A stretch of 64,000 bases of DNA. It comes from Marsupella aquatica. Taxonomy: Eukaryota > Plantae > Marchantiophyta. The stretch spans positions 4,371,508-4,435,507 of the forward strand of contig OZ316891.1 of the NCBI GenBank assembly GCA_973895155.1. The letters run 5' to 3'. Position numbers and translations under genes: made by a program. Positions within the stretch are counted from its first letter, which is position 1, and every line of letters begins with the position of its first letter. Below are positions 34,857 through 45,083 of this stretch, in pieces. Below the pieces are notes generated by a model. That model saw nothing but the letters and a program-made list of their open reading frames with translations. It was not told where the DNA came from and searched no databases.

Positions 34857-37800
34857 TTATGTGTGACTTCCCGTGACGGGGTACCCGTCACATAGCTCCT
34901 CTCTTAATTGCGAAGCGCCCCCGCGAGCACCATACTCTTCCTCCGTGTAGTACTTCTTTAGGCGCTCTTGATTGATCCGTGTGTTGAGTAGTTGCCCCTC
35001 CAATGTCTTGAGTTGAACCGAGCCGTTGGAGTAGACGGCATCCACTACGTAGGGTCCCATCCACCGTGTATGCAACTTCCCGGGGAAATGCATGAAGCGG
35101 CTATCGTAGAGGAGCACCAAATCTCCCTCCTCAATGGACACACGACGGAGACGGGAATCGTAATGTGACTTGCGTTTGCCTTGCTCCTGCTCCGTATGTG
35201 TCAAAGCCTCTTCTCGTGTCTCCGTGAGTTGCTCCAACTGTTGGATCCGTGAAGCGACACTTTCTTCTGCCCCTTCCCTTTCCCGTGTTAGGATTCGAAT
35301 GGTTGGAACCTCAAATTCCACCGGCACAAGAGAGTGTTGTCCAAACACAAGGAAATAGGGGCTGTGGCCCGTGGTAGTCTTGTGAGCCAGGTTGTAAGCG
35401 TAAGTGGCAGCCAACAACTTCAAATCCCAATCGGTCTTGTGAGCGGATACCGTTTTGTTGAGGATCTTGCCCATGATCCCGTTGGCTCTCTCAGTGAGCC
35501 CGTTGGCTCGAGGGTGGTACGGAGTGGTCTTCCTATGTGAGATCAAGTAGTTCTCCGTCAAACGTTCAATCGTATGATTGAGGAAGTGAGTACCCCTGTC
35601 ACTTACCAACTCCAATGGTGGACCAAATCGTGTAAAAATCTGCTCATACAAAAAACGTGCCGTGGTGTTGGCATCATCCTTGGCAGTAGCTCGGGCCTCC
35701 ACCCACTTGGTGGCATAGTCCGTTGCAAGAATGATGTAGCGCTTCCTCCCTCTTCGTGTGATGGGAGTGAAAGGGCCAATGAAGTCCACCCCCCACTTCT
35801 CAAAGGGTGCAAGAGGAAGTATGGGCACCAATGGGTGTCGTGAGGAGGGCCCTGGTTTGCCTTGACGCTGGCACGGATCACATCGCTGGATGTACCGGTG
35901 TACATCCCGAAAGAGAGTTGGCCACCAATATCCAGCATCTAGTATTTTCCTTGCGGTGGTCTCCCGTGCAAAGTGGCCACCAGCTTCCTCCTCATGTAAT
36001 GCTGCCATGACTGTACGTATCTCCGCTTCCTCCAAACAACGACGAAGTCGGCCATCCATGCCGTACTTGTGAAGTACTCCCTTCACAAGCAAGTAGGGAC
36101 CTGTCTTACGCAAAAACACTGCTGCTCTCTCCGGGCCCAAACGTGAGGGAACTCTAGCCGTGCGGAGAAATTCCAAAATTTCTCCATACCAAGTAGTGGC
36201 CTCTGTATTCACGCTGAACACTTCCTCATCCGGGAACCGATCATCAATCTCCTGGGAGTCAGATGCTCCCTCAATACGGGAGAAGAAGTCTGCATTGCTA
36301 TGACTCTTCCCCGATCTTACTCTCACCTCATAGTTGAACTCTTGTAGCAACAAAACCCAACGTGCAATTCTCCCGGACAGATCTGGCTTGTTGACCATGT
36401 ATTTCAAGCTGTTGTGATCCGTGTGGAACACAACCTTGTACCCCAACAAATAATGACGATACTTCTTACAAGCGTAGATGATACCAAGTGCCTCCCTATC
36501 GGTGGGTGAGTAGTTTTTCTCTGCCGGGGCCAACTGCCTACTGGCAAAGTAGATGGGATGGTCTCTTCCATCATCATCTAACTGACTCAAAACGGCACCG
36601 ATGCAAAATCCTGATACGTCTACGTAAACATGGAATTCCTTATTCCAATTGGGCGTAATGAGCACGGGGGCCTCTAGCAATCGTTTCTTCAATTCATCAA
36701 AAGCAGCCTGACGGGAAGGAGTAGGTTCAAACTCACTTCCTTTTTTCAACATGGAAGTGAGTGGCATGGCTACCTTGGCAAAGTCTTTGATGAAGCGTCG
36801 GTAGTAGCCAACACACCCCAAGAACCCTCTCACTTCCTTCACATTCTTGGGAAATGAGACTGCTACCCACACGGCGACCTTCTCACGATCAACTTCAATC
36901 CCTCGTGCAGACACTTTGTGGCCCAATAGGATTCCCTCCTCAATTCCAAAGAAACATTTCTCCGGATGCAGCTTCAGGCAAGTCTCCCGGCACCGCTGAA
37001 AAGTCAACCGTAAGTGTTCCGGATGCTTGACTCGTTTGCCGTAGACAGCAAAGTCATCAATAAAGATCTCCAAGAACCTGCGTAAAAAGTCATGAAATAT
37101 ATTCATCATGAGCCGTTGGAACATGCCAGGGGCATTGCACAACCCAAAAGGCATTCTCCGGAATGCAAAAATCCCCCACTCTGTTGTGAAAGCCGTCTTG
37201 AGTTGGTCCTCCTCCCGTATCCAGATTTGGTTGTACCCAGAGTAGCCATCCAAGAAGCTGTATATCTCCCAACCTGCTACCATGTCCAACACGATATCCG
37301 TGAACGGTAGCGGGTAGTGATCCTTCTTGGTCGCATCATTCAACTTTCGAAAATCTTGGCACACCCGTATTTTCACCTTCCCGTCTGGCCCCTTTTTCTT
37401 GGGCACGATTACGATGGGTGACACCCACTCACTATGCATGACCGGATAAATGAATCCTGCATCCAACAAACGGTCAATCTCCTCCTTCACCATGAGTGAG
37501 TATTTGGGGTTGAGGCGGTATTGGCGTTGCCTCACAGGTCGTGCTCCTGACATCAGGTCAATGCTGTGCTCACCAAACTCAGGTGGCACTCCTTTCAAAT
37601 CTTGGTGGCTCCACGCAAATACGTCTTGGTACTCTTTCAACAATTCCTGAATCGTGCGTTGCTCCGTAGCATCCAACTTACTACCAATGTTGAGTGTCTT
37701 GCCCTCACCCACTTCCACCTTTGTGTACTGCTCCGGCCTGATCACGTCCAACTTGTTGCGTGTCTCCTCATCAAAGGTTTCTTCCAACCGTGCGAGCCTC

Positions 37801-40800
37801 ATCCCTCCATACACCGGTGCATCACTCTCCTCCTGGTCTGGTCGGGATGGAGGTGGATCCTTTGTCACATGGGCCATTATTTCTTCAACGTCAGATTCTT
37901 TGTAATGTGACAATAGCTCCTCTCTAAAGTCATCATCCAGGATGTCATTCAAAAACTGCTCTCTTTGCTCATCATCAAACATGATCGTGTGGGCTTGCAT
38001 TTCCACCTCCTCGGGGTGATCCTCTGCCTCCCTATCATGAATCTCTAGAGGTTCAGCCTCCACAATTTTGCTTCGCTCGTCTTCCATCTCTTCTAGAACA
38101 GCGTGCACTTGGCTAACTGATTCCTCTACTGCATGCTCTTGAGTAGCAACTCCGGGGCCAAAAACATCTTCCTCCGTGAGGTGAGAAATCAGTTTCACCA
38201 TGTATACTTCATCCTCGTCTTCATCTGAGGTGACCTCTGAATCATATTCCTCCTCCATAGTCGTAGTCTCCCCGTGAGGTGACTCCGCTGACCATGGAAT
38301 AGTGATAGTGGGGATACCAAACCGAAACTGCCGTTTGCCCCAATCACTTGTGACCTTGGCCACATACAACCATGGCCTGCCAATTAAAATGGGAAAACCG
38401 TACGGCCGAACGGGTCGCATCACCAAATAGTTGAGGGGGAAAGATTTTCCCCCAATCATTGTTGGAATCTTGGTGAGACACCCCAACGGCACCACCCGTG
38501 CACCATCAGCCAACCTCATGGCACGTGCCGGTGGTTCTAACTCTGTATACCCCAACCGGTTTGCCGTCTCCTCAGTCATGATGTTGACTCCCGAGCCCCC
38601 GTCCACCGGTACAAACCGTATTGCACATCCATTGATGTCCACCGTGAGTTCTGGGGCACCCAAATCCTCCGTGACCCAGTTGACTTGTATGGGGTCAGCC
38701 CCAACTTTGGGTAACCTTCTTCTACGTCTCCTCCTCATGAGAATCTCCTTGACTTGGCGACGGTATAGGGAGCTATCCCGTAATAGTTGACCAATTGTGG
38801 CACTGACTGGGCAATCCAGAATGTCTTGAGCAATGTTGTACGCGGTTGCAGGAGGTATGGGTGGGATGACCTCTTCTCCCGGTTTCCAACGAACAACCCT
38901 CTCCTCCGCTTTCTTTCTGGCCTTTGCCTCCTCCATGTCTTTGTCAATGGCCGCTTGCATGGCTTGTGCTTCTAGCTCCTCCAACTGCTTACGTACCTCT
39001 TCTCCCACCTTCGGATAGAACAACTTGGGGTTGTCCCGATCAAAGTCACTATCCTCCATGGGTGGCACCTCCGGTTCGTGTGAGGTACCCGATGTGGAAG
39101 CTTGATGCACCTCCTTGTACTTCTGCTTGAGCTCGGACTTGCCCTTCTTTTTGCCGGATCGAGTGGAGACTCGGTAACAAGAGTAATGCCTTCTCTCCTC
39201 GTCGCTGTCTTCCTCCGGTAGATTCTCAGCATGAGTCCACTCATGACTTGGGGGTGAGGGGTTAGCAACTTCAACTTCCGTAGATGTTGCAACAACAACC
39301 ACCGGTATCTCAACAACTGGAGATACTACAACGACTAGCGGTACCACCTCCTCCGTTATGGTGGTCATCCTTTGCTTGGGAATGTTCACTACGGTTTCTT
39401 CTCTTCTAGTGATTAGAGGGGTGTCGACTGCTTCCGTGGTGAGAAAGTTGACGCTAGCTTCTTTCAGAGGAGGTGGCGGCCCCTTCTTCTCTTGTGCCCC
39501 AATCGGTTGAGCCTTGAACGCCTCCAAGGTTGGGCAGTGTGGTGCAAGATGACCCTCCCCCTTGCATAGTTGACACAGCCGGGCAAAATCTCCATTGCCT
39601 TGACGGGTGGGCTCTGGGCACACATTAGCGTAGTGGCCCGCCACTCTACAATTGTAACAAATAGGGATCTTCCTCACTCCAGGGTACGGTGGTCGATTCC
39701 CTGGGTTAGCGTTGGGATAGTTGGAGTATGCGGGTGCTCCGGCGTTTGTTGAAACTCCATGAATGCTCCGTGGTCCCGGGTTGAGAGGTTGTACACTATA
39801 CACGTTGGCCTCTGGTGGCTCCTCCATGAAGTACTCTATTGGCCCTTCCGCTGCATATGAAGGATTTGAGTAGCTTGCCCCCTCAACATCCTCCTCCCGT
39901 ACTTGGAAAACCTTGGCTGGTTCTCCCGCTGGGCACTCCTTCGGGGCATGACCAAACTTCATGCACTTGGTGCACCACACATTGGCTCTCTCCACCGGAA
40001 CTTTTCTCCTCTCAGGTTTGAGTCCGGCAAAATGTACTTTCAACGCTTTCATTTGCTCCGTCAGCTCATCATATCTGGCCTCTTGCTCCTTCAGGCGTCT
40101 TGCCGTAGACAATGGTGTAACGGCCACCGTGGGTAGTATCACTTCACGGTGAGAGGACTTCTTGACTTTCTTTGACAACTTCTTCTTCTTCCTCCTTCGT
40201 CTTTCAGCTTCTGACTCCGTAGTGTCTGACTCTGTAGTACTCTCAGAATCCTCAGATTCATCACTACTATCTGAATCAGATCCACTCGACTCCTCACTGG
40301 AGGAACTGTCAACCGGCTTCAGCTTCTTTCTTCGGCAACGCTTGCTTGTGGCATCAGCTGCGGTGTATGACTCCGCTGCTGCAATAGCTTCAGCCAATGT
40401 GGTTGGCTTGGCTTGACGTACAAAGAACCCCATCTTGCTTGGTAGGGCAGCCACAAACCAGGCTTGACGCATAGCATCATCGGTACGGGCTTGGATCCGA
40501 CGTACCAGCTTTTGGAACCTTTGCAAAAACCTCCGTAATGACTCCTTCTTCTTCATCCTGAGTTGGCCCACCTTTAATAGTGAGGTGGCCTCCACTCCTA
40601 TGGATCTGAACTCCTTCAAGAAGGCTTGCTTGAACAGAGCCCAATCAGCTTTCACGTTGGCCAACAACGAAATGAACCATGGACCTGCCTCCCCTCTCAT
40701 CATTCCAGGAATGATAGTGAGCTTATGTGCAGACTCCCCATTAGCTTCGGCAATCCCTTCAAACTCCTCAATCCATTCGTCTGGATCATCCTTTGGTCTC

Positions 40801-41255
40801 CCCTTGAAGGGTACGTACTGAACACGGGTACGTTGTGCAGCTGCCATCGGTGCAGCCGGTGCCTGTATCAACACAGGTGGTAATGGCGCTTGTTGGGCCA
40901 CCGGTAACAGCACCGATGATAGGTGTGAGATGATTTGTGGCAATGCAGTGAGCTCTGGGATCAGATTTTGTAACTCAGACTGCACCAACACAAAGGGCTC
41001 TCCTTCTTCTCGCTCGTGATCTATGTCTGGCTCTTCGTCTGGGCATATGGCCTCATTACGTTGAGCCTCTTCCTGTTGCACACCAACTTGTTCTTCCAGC
41101 ACCAGTGGCAACCTCCTCTCTTCTGCAAGCCGTAAGCGTTCTTCGGCAGCAACTCGTCGTCTGGTCCCAATCCAAGAGGGCCCCCCTTCTAGCTCTGATC
41201 TTGGGGTACGTGTGTGTTGGGGACTTCCTCTACCTCCCCTTCTCCCTCTCGGCAT
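34857..41255 (-). CDS. Gag-Pol polyprotein, 2132 aa (Gag with 3 CCHC knuckles, PR, RT, RNaseH, IN)
   Basis: Gag FKGRPKDDPDEWIEEF and three CX2CX4HX4C motifs. PR VDGGSG. RT FLDGYSGYNQI, MPFGLCNAP and FIDDF. RH VDVSG, EALGII and TDH. IN GGHF..CDPCQ, WGVDFIGP, SDRGTHF, ANGLTE and GPY. The ORF runs 36 nt into the 3' LTR. Confidence 0.97.
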   Translation of the reverse strand: MPRGRRGGRGSPQHTRTPRSELEGGPSWIGTRRRVAAEERLRLAEERRLPLVLEEQVGVQQEEAQRNEAICPDEEPDIDHEREEGEPFVLVQSELQNLIPELTALPQIISHLSSVLLPVAQQAPLPPVLIQAPAAPMAAAQRTRVQYVPFKGRPKDDPDEWIEEFEGIAEANGESAHKLTIIPGMMRGEAGPWFISLLANVKADWALFKQAFLKEFRSIGVEATSLLKVGQLRMKKKESLRRFLQRFQKLVRRIQARTDDAMRQAWFVAALPSKMGFFVRQAKPTTLAEAIAAAESYTAADATSKRCRRKKLKPVDSSSSEESSGSDSDSSDESEDSESTTESDTTESEAERRRRKKKKLSKKVKKSSHREVILPTVAVTPLSTARRLKEQEARYDELTEQMKALKVHFAGLKPERRKVPVERANVWCTKCMKFGHAPKECPAGEPAKVFQVREEDVEGASYSNPSYAAEGPIEYFMEEPPEANVYSVQPLNPGPRSIHGVSTNAGAPAYSNYPNANPGNRPPYPGVRKIPICYNCRVAGHYANVCPEPTRQGNGDFARLCQLCKGEGHLAPHCPTLEAFKAQPIGAQEKKGPPPPLKEASVNFLTTEAVDTPLITRREETVVNIPKQRMTTITEEVVPLVVVVSPVVEIPVVVVATSTEVEVANPSPPSHEWTHAENLPEEDSDEERRHYSCYRVSTRSGKKKGKSELKQKYKEVHQASTSGTSHEPEVPPMEDSDFDRDNPKLFYPKVGEEVRKQLEELEAQAMQAAIDKDMEEAKARKKAEERVVRWKPGEEVIPPIPPATAYNIAQDILDCPVSATIGQLLRDSSLYRRQVKEILMRRRRRRRLPKVGADPIQVNWVTEDLGAPELTVDINGCAIRFVPVDGGSGVNIMTEETANRLGYTELEPPARAMRLADGARVVPLGCLTKIPTMIGGKSFPLNYLVMRPVRPYGFPILIGRPWLYVAKVTSDWGKRQFRFGIPTITIPWSAESPHGETTTMEEEYDSEVTSDEDEDEVYMVKLISHLTEEDVFGPGVATQEHAVEESVSQVHAVLEEMEDERSKIVEAEPLEIHDREAEDHPEEVEMQAHTIMFDDEQREQFLNDILDDDFREELLSHYKESDVEEIMAHVTKDPPPSRPDQEESDAPVYGGMRLARLEETFDEETRNKLDVIRPEQYTKVEVGEGKTLNIGSKLDATEQRTIQELLKEYQDVFAWSHQDLKGVPPEFGEHSIDLMSGARPVRQRQYRLNPKYSLMVKEEIDRLLDAGFIYPVMHSEWVSPIVIVPKKKGPDGKVKIRVCQDFRKLNDATKKDHYPLPFTDIVLDMVAGWEIYSFLDGYSGYNQIWIREEDQLKTAFTTEWGIFAFRRMPFGLCNAPGMFQRLMMNIFHDFLRRFLEIFIDDFAVYGKRVKHPEHLRLTFQRCRETCLKLHPEKCFFGIEEGILLGHKVSARGIEVDREKVAVWVAVSFPKNVKEVRGFLGCVGYYRRFIKDFAKVAMPLTSMLKKGSEFEPTPSRQAAFDELKKRLLEAPVLITPNWNKEFHVYVDVSGFCIGAVLSQLDDDGRDHPIYFASRQLAPAEKNYSPTDREALGIIYACKKYRHYLLGYKVVFHTDHNSLKYMVNKPDLSGRIARWVLLLQEFNYEVRVRSGKSHSNADFFSRIEGASDSQEIDDRFPDEEVFSVNTEATTWYGEILEFLRTARVPSRLGPERAAVFLRKTGPYLLVKGVLHKYGMDGRLRRCLEEAEIRTVMAALHEEEAGGHFARETTARKILDAGYWWPTLFRDVHRYIQRCDPCQRQGKPGPSSRHPLVPILPLAPFEKWGVDFIGPFTPITRRGRKRYIILATDYATKWVEARATAKDDANTTARFLYEQIFTRFGPPLELVSDRGTHFLNHTIERLTENYLISHRKTTPYHPRANGLTERANGIMGKILNKTVSAHKTDWDLKLLAATYAYNLAHKTTTGHSPYFLVFGQHSLVPVEFEVPTIRILTREREGAEESVASRIQQLEQLTETREEALTHTEQEQGKRKSHYDSRLRRVSIEEGDLVLLYDSRFMHFPGKLHTRWMGPYVVDAVYSNGSVQLKTLEGQLLNTRINQERLKKYYTEEEYGARGGASQLREELCDGYPVTGSHT
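34893..34905 (-). other. Polypurine tract of family A (AAGAGAGGAGCTA), inside the last pol codons
   Basis: Immediately 5' of the TGTGAC LTR start on the minus strand, and homologous to AAGTGGGGAGCTA at 52412-52424. Confidence 0.8.
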
Positions 41256-41470
41256 CCCATTGAGACCTGCATTCCAAACTTACACCAATGTCTCAGAAAG
41301 CAATATTTGTAAACATCAACCGTCGCACGATGCGTTGTGGTTGACGTACAATAACAAAGTAACCAACAAACTTCTCACGTATCAACCGTCGCAAGTTGCG
41401 TTGTGGTTGATAGGTTTGAACTCCCAATAGACGTAGCTCCCCTCCTTCGTGTCGTCAAACAAGAAGAAGG

Positions 41471-41490
41471 ATTCCCCGGCAGCGGCGCCA
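41471..41490 (-). other. Primer binding site, tRNA-Asp type (TGGCGCCGCTGCCGGGGAAT)
   Basis: Resembles the Athila-type PBS TGGCGCCGTTGCCGGGGA and lies 20 nt downstream of the 5' LTR end at 41511. Confidence 0.8.
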
Positions 41491-42621
41491 AAAACAAAAG
41501 ACCACACTTATGTCACTTGCCTCTCCAACGGTTAATACGTGCAAACCGCACTTTTCTTCGCTTAAACCGTTGGTATCGTATTACGGGGTCGTGGAGGGAC
41601 GCTATTTGGATTCTTTTCACACCAGGATGAGTATTTTGGTTTCCGCTCCCGGAAATGTAGGTTTTGATCAAGTCTACCGACTACCCTCACCCCACAGCTT
41701 TTGATCAAGTCCTGCCGACTACCCCACTACACCTTCACTCGGAGTCACCCAAAGAGTGCTGTCACCACCCCTACTCACAAGGCCGACTCAAACCAAGCAA
41801 GTTTCTTCAAATCATAGAACGGGAGAACACAATTCGGAAAGCGAAAAAGGGAGAAGGAACACACAACAAAAGCCCATCAAGTCAAATGTACAGATCCATA
41901 TCTCTTGGGAAAAACGATACACATTGCATGAGTAACCCGGCCTCCTGCCGTCTACTCAACTCCTGCCTCTCCGGACAATGAGTATGGCTCCCCCTCACTA
42001 CTCTGAACACGCTTTCAAACTCCTCAGGCTCCACTCTATCCCTCCTTGCTAACTTCACACTGAGTCCCCCTAACTACTTCGGGGCTATCCCCCTAAATAC
42101 TGAAAAATCACACCAAAGCACCCCTCACAGGGTCACAACGGTGGCGGCTACCCTAGCGGCGCCGCTAAAACCTTGCACTAAGAGAAATCCTTAAACTGAA
42201 GAGGAGCATGCGGCACACACATGCTGCTAAAACCCTAAACCCAAAACAAGGGGGCCGACGGTGCCTTCGACGGCGCCCCAACAGTACACGTGAACCCTGA
42301 AAGTGAGAGGCACCCCAAAATGGCCGAAACTAGGTGCCCTTCCAAGTGCACACCTGAGCTCACCCCTGGATAGCTCTTCTTTTCCTGCTTCCGAATCACT
42401 AAGTCGCTCCCTCAACGGACTTCAGACGCCTGAGTTATGGCCGTTTCCGTACCGCAAAAACATAAGTTCTCCAGGCCATAACTTGCTCATCCTGGCTCCG
42501 TTTGAGGAGCGCCGCCTCTTGTTGGAATCAGCTCCGCGAGCTCATCCCAACAAGCCCATGAGTGACCCCCCACTAAAATGTTGGAAATCTGGAGGCCGTA
42601 CACCCACGTCCGTACGCCTAT

Positions 42622-44478
42622 CTAATCCTCCTCTTCTTCTTCGCTCTCGGTGCCCGGACTTGTGCCCCGTGAGTGGTCCTCCTCCTCATCACTCACGGGA
42701 GTGAGTGCCACCGTACTTTTCTTCTTCTTCGACGGAGTACTCTTAGTGCTGCTGCTCCCGCGCTTCCTCAAAGCAGCCAAGGCCTGCCACGCCTTGATGT
42801 ACCCCTCACCAATTGTGTCCTTCCAGAGGGTAGCCTCTTCTCCGGACCGCAACTCCAACGGTAGAACTTGCCCCGTGGCCATGGGAGTCCCGGGGGTGAC
42901 AGACCTGGGTGGCATCCCCGTACTGACCTGAGCCTCCCGTAACGATTTCCGTACCTCCCGGAGCTTCTTCTCCAAGCTCTTACTCTTCTCCTGACTCTTC
43001 TTGGCTCCATCCAACAAGGGTCCATACTTCCCACTAACCTCCTTCACCACCATCTCGATAGCTTGGGAGATCACATCCGGGGAAAGTGTGGAGCCAGGTG
43101 TGCCGGGACTCTTCCGTTTCCCTAGACTCAGGGCCTCACTTCTCTTCGCTCGTGTCTCAAAGGCTGCCACCTGACTCCGTAGTGCTCCCACCTGGTTCCT
43201 CCACTCCATCACTTCTCCAGAATTTTGCTTCTCTTTGGCCAATGCTTGCCTCAACGCTCCTACTTCTTCTGCTTCCTTGGCCTTGGTGGACAAAGCTCCC
43301 TTCAAGTTGGTGATCTCTACGTGAGCTGCATTGATGTGCCTGACCTTCTCATGAATGGTCTGCTCCTTGGTCTTGATCACCTCCTTCAGTGACAGGATGC
43401 TCTGCTCTAACGTCTCTACTTTGACTGTGGCGTGCTTGAGAGACTCCCTCAATGCGTGGACTAGCTTGAGTCCCTCGTGGACTCCCTCTCTGAAATCCCG
43501 TAGCTCTGCCAAGTAAACATCCGGAATGTTGTATTCCAGAGGCTGTTTCGGATCTCCCACGAGTGATTCAAGCCACTCCAATGTGCAATCATCCTCCTGG
43601 TTCTCTTCTTCTCTATTATCCTCCCCACCAGCAGACAATGATTCCTCCGTGAGCTTCCCTAAAATGGTAGTGGCAATACTCCGGATCTCCGTGGTGAGAG
43701 ATGATCCCGTGTCTTCATGCCCCGGAGAACCAATCAACCCTTCTGCCCTGGCCAATACAAATGACCCCATCAAATGTACAGCCCCACCTGGTTTCACACT
43801 CCCGGGCTCAGCGGCCAATAGCTTCTTCAATCCGTAGCACCACCATCCGTACACATGGGCTGGGTAGTTCTTGATGTCCATAGCTACCACGAAATGCTCC
43901 TCATTCAGCACTCCGGATTGCACGTTGCCAAGAACCCGTTGATGCACCTTGGCCAGGAAGCCCTTATACTCAACATCCTTGACAGCAGAAAGAGGGATGG
44001 CGGTGGTGGAGGTAGGATTGGTCACCCAAGTGGCCACCATTTTCAACGTGAGTTCTCCCCTGATATTCCGAGGTGTGAATGAGAATTTCTGATTCTCAAG
44101 AAACAATAGCTTAGCCAACTCCACATGGGGCACTACACGTTTGAGACATTCAAAGTAGATTCCCTCCGTTCGGAACTCCATCCCGGCCTCAATGTCCCAG
44201 CTCTTCCCTGAAGGGATGGTAATCTCCACCTTCATGAATTCTGTAAGCCCGGTGGCTTGGAAAATGTTCCGACAATCCTCCATCACCTTGGTGGAGGTCT
44301 TGGGATAAATTCGACGAAAAATCTTCCTACCCACCGGTGAGGAACCCGCTGCCAATCCCGTGCTCATCATAACTTCTCTCTCTTCCCTTTCCCGTGTAAT
44401 CCGAGTCTCCACGTAGTCACGGTAAGCAGCCTTGTATCTCCGAATGCGTGACGCACTAAACTCTGGTTGATCTAGCAT
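42622..44478 (-). CDS. LTR-encoded accessory protein, 618 aa, 5' LTR copy
   Basis: Matches 31784..33640 except one V/I change (TTVLG vs TTILG). Confidence 0.85.
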   Translation of the reverse strand: MLDQPEFSASRIRRYKAAYRDYVETRITREREEREVMMSTGLAAGSSPVGRKIFRRIYPKTSTKVMEDCRNIFQATGLTEFMKVEITIPSGKSWDIEAGMEFRTEGIYFECLKRVVPHVELAKLLFLENQKFSFTPRNIRGELTLKMVATWVTNPTSTTAIPLSAVKDVEYKGFLAKVHQRVLGNVQSGVLNEEHFVVAMDIKNYPAHVYGWWCYGLKKLLAAEPGSVKPGGAVHLMGSFVLARAEGLIGSPGHEDTGSSLTTEIRSIATTILGKLTEESLSAGGEDNREEENQEDDCTLEWLESLVGDPKQPLEYNIPDVYLAELRDFREGVHEGLKLVHALRESLKHATVKVETLEQSILSLKEVIKTKEQTIHEKVRHINAAHVEITNLKGALSTKAKEAEEVGALRQALAKEKQNSGEVMEWRNQVGALRSQVAAFETRAKRSEALSLGKRKSPGTPGSTLSPDVISQAIEMVVKEVSGKYGPLLDGAKKSQEKSKSLEKKLREVRKSLREAQVSTGMPPRSVTPGTPMATGQVLPLELRSGEEATLWKDTIGEGYIKAWQALAALRKRGSSSTKSTPSKKKKSTVALTPVSDEEEDHSRGTSPGTESEEEEED

Positions 44479-44938
44479 CCATGCATCCCGAAATCAATTT
44501 CTCAATCACCAATCCCGTCACCCGTGGCAATGTCAATTCCCTGGCCCGAAACAGCCCCCGTAGCCCGATCACTTAAATTCTCTCAATTTCCCGTCACTAC
44601 TCCGTGCGGCCGCCACTAATGCCTGGAAGAATGACGCCAGCAAGCCCCACTAATCCACCATGAAAGAGAGAGCTTCAAAAATAATTAGAATCTGGAGAGA
44701 GCTTCCGGCAAGAGAGAGAAGAACCCCGTTTTTGCTTTCGGCAATGAGAGGGTCGTGCAAAAGGAAGAGGGAAAGAAAAAGGAAGGAAAAAAAAATAGAA
44801 CCGAAAAAACTCCTGGCGCCTTCGCCATGCGCCCCGGCCCATTTCTCGGGCCTTACCCTTGCGTCCTCCTGCGCGCGGCCCTATGCAGGGCGCGCGGCCA
44901 TTCCTCCCGGCTCGCGGGAGGCCCTTCAACTCCCCCCC

Positions 44939-45083
44939 GCTCGCGTGATCCTCCCAGCTCGCGGGAGGCCCTTTAACTCCCCCCCGCTCGCGTGATCCTC
45001 CCAGCTCGCGGGAGGCCCTTTAACTCCCCCCCGCTCGCGTGATCCTCCCAGCTCGCGGGAGGCCCTTTAACTCCCCCCCCCCC
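44939..45083. repeat. 47-bp GC-rich VNTR in the 5' LTR (3 units)
   Basis: Units start at 44939, 44986 and 45033. The missing 3 x 47 = 141 bp accounts exactly for the LTR length difference. Confidence 0.95.

Larger units (their letters stand above)
30673..34892 (-). repeat. 3' LTR of family A (4220 bp)
   Basis: Matches 41511-45589 apart from 3 extra 47-bp units and two substitutions found by eye (32827 vs 43665, 34397 vs 45094). It begins TGTGAC directly after the PPT on the minus strand. Confidence 0.95.

Noticed and set aside
35170-40883. Numerous antisense ORFs over gag-pol (and likewise over the other long ORFs)
   Set aside because: They are shadow frames of long coding sequences with no independent motifs.
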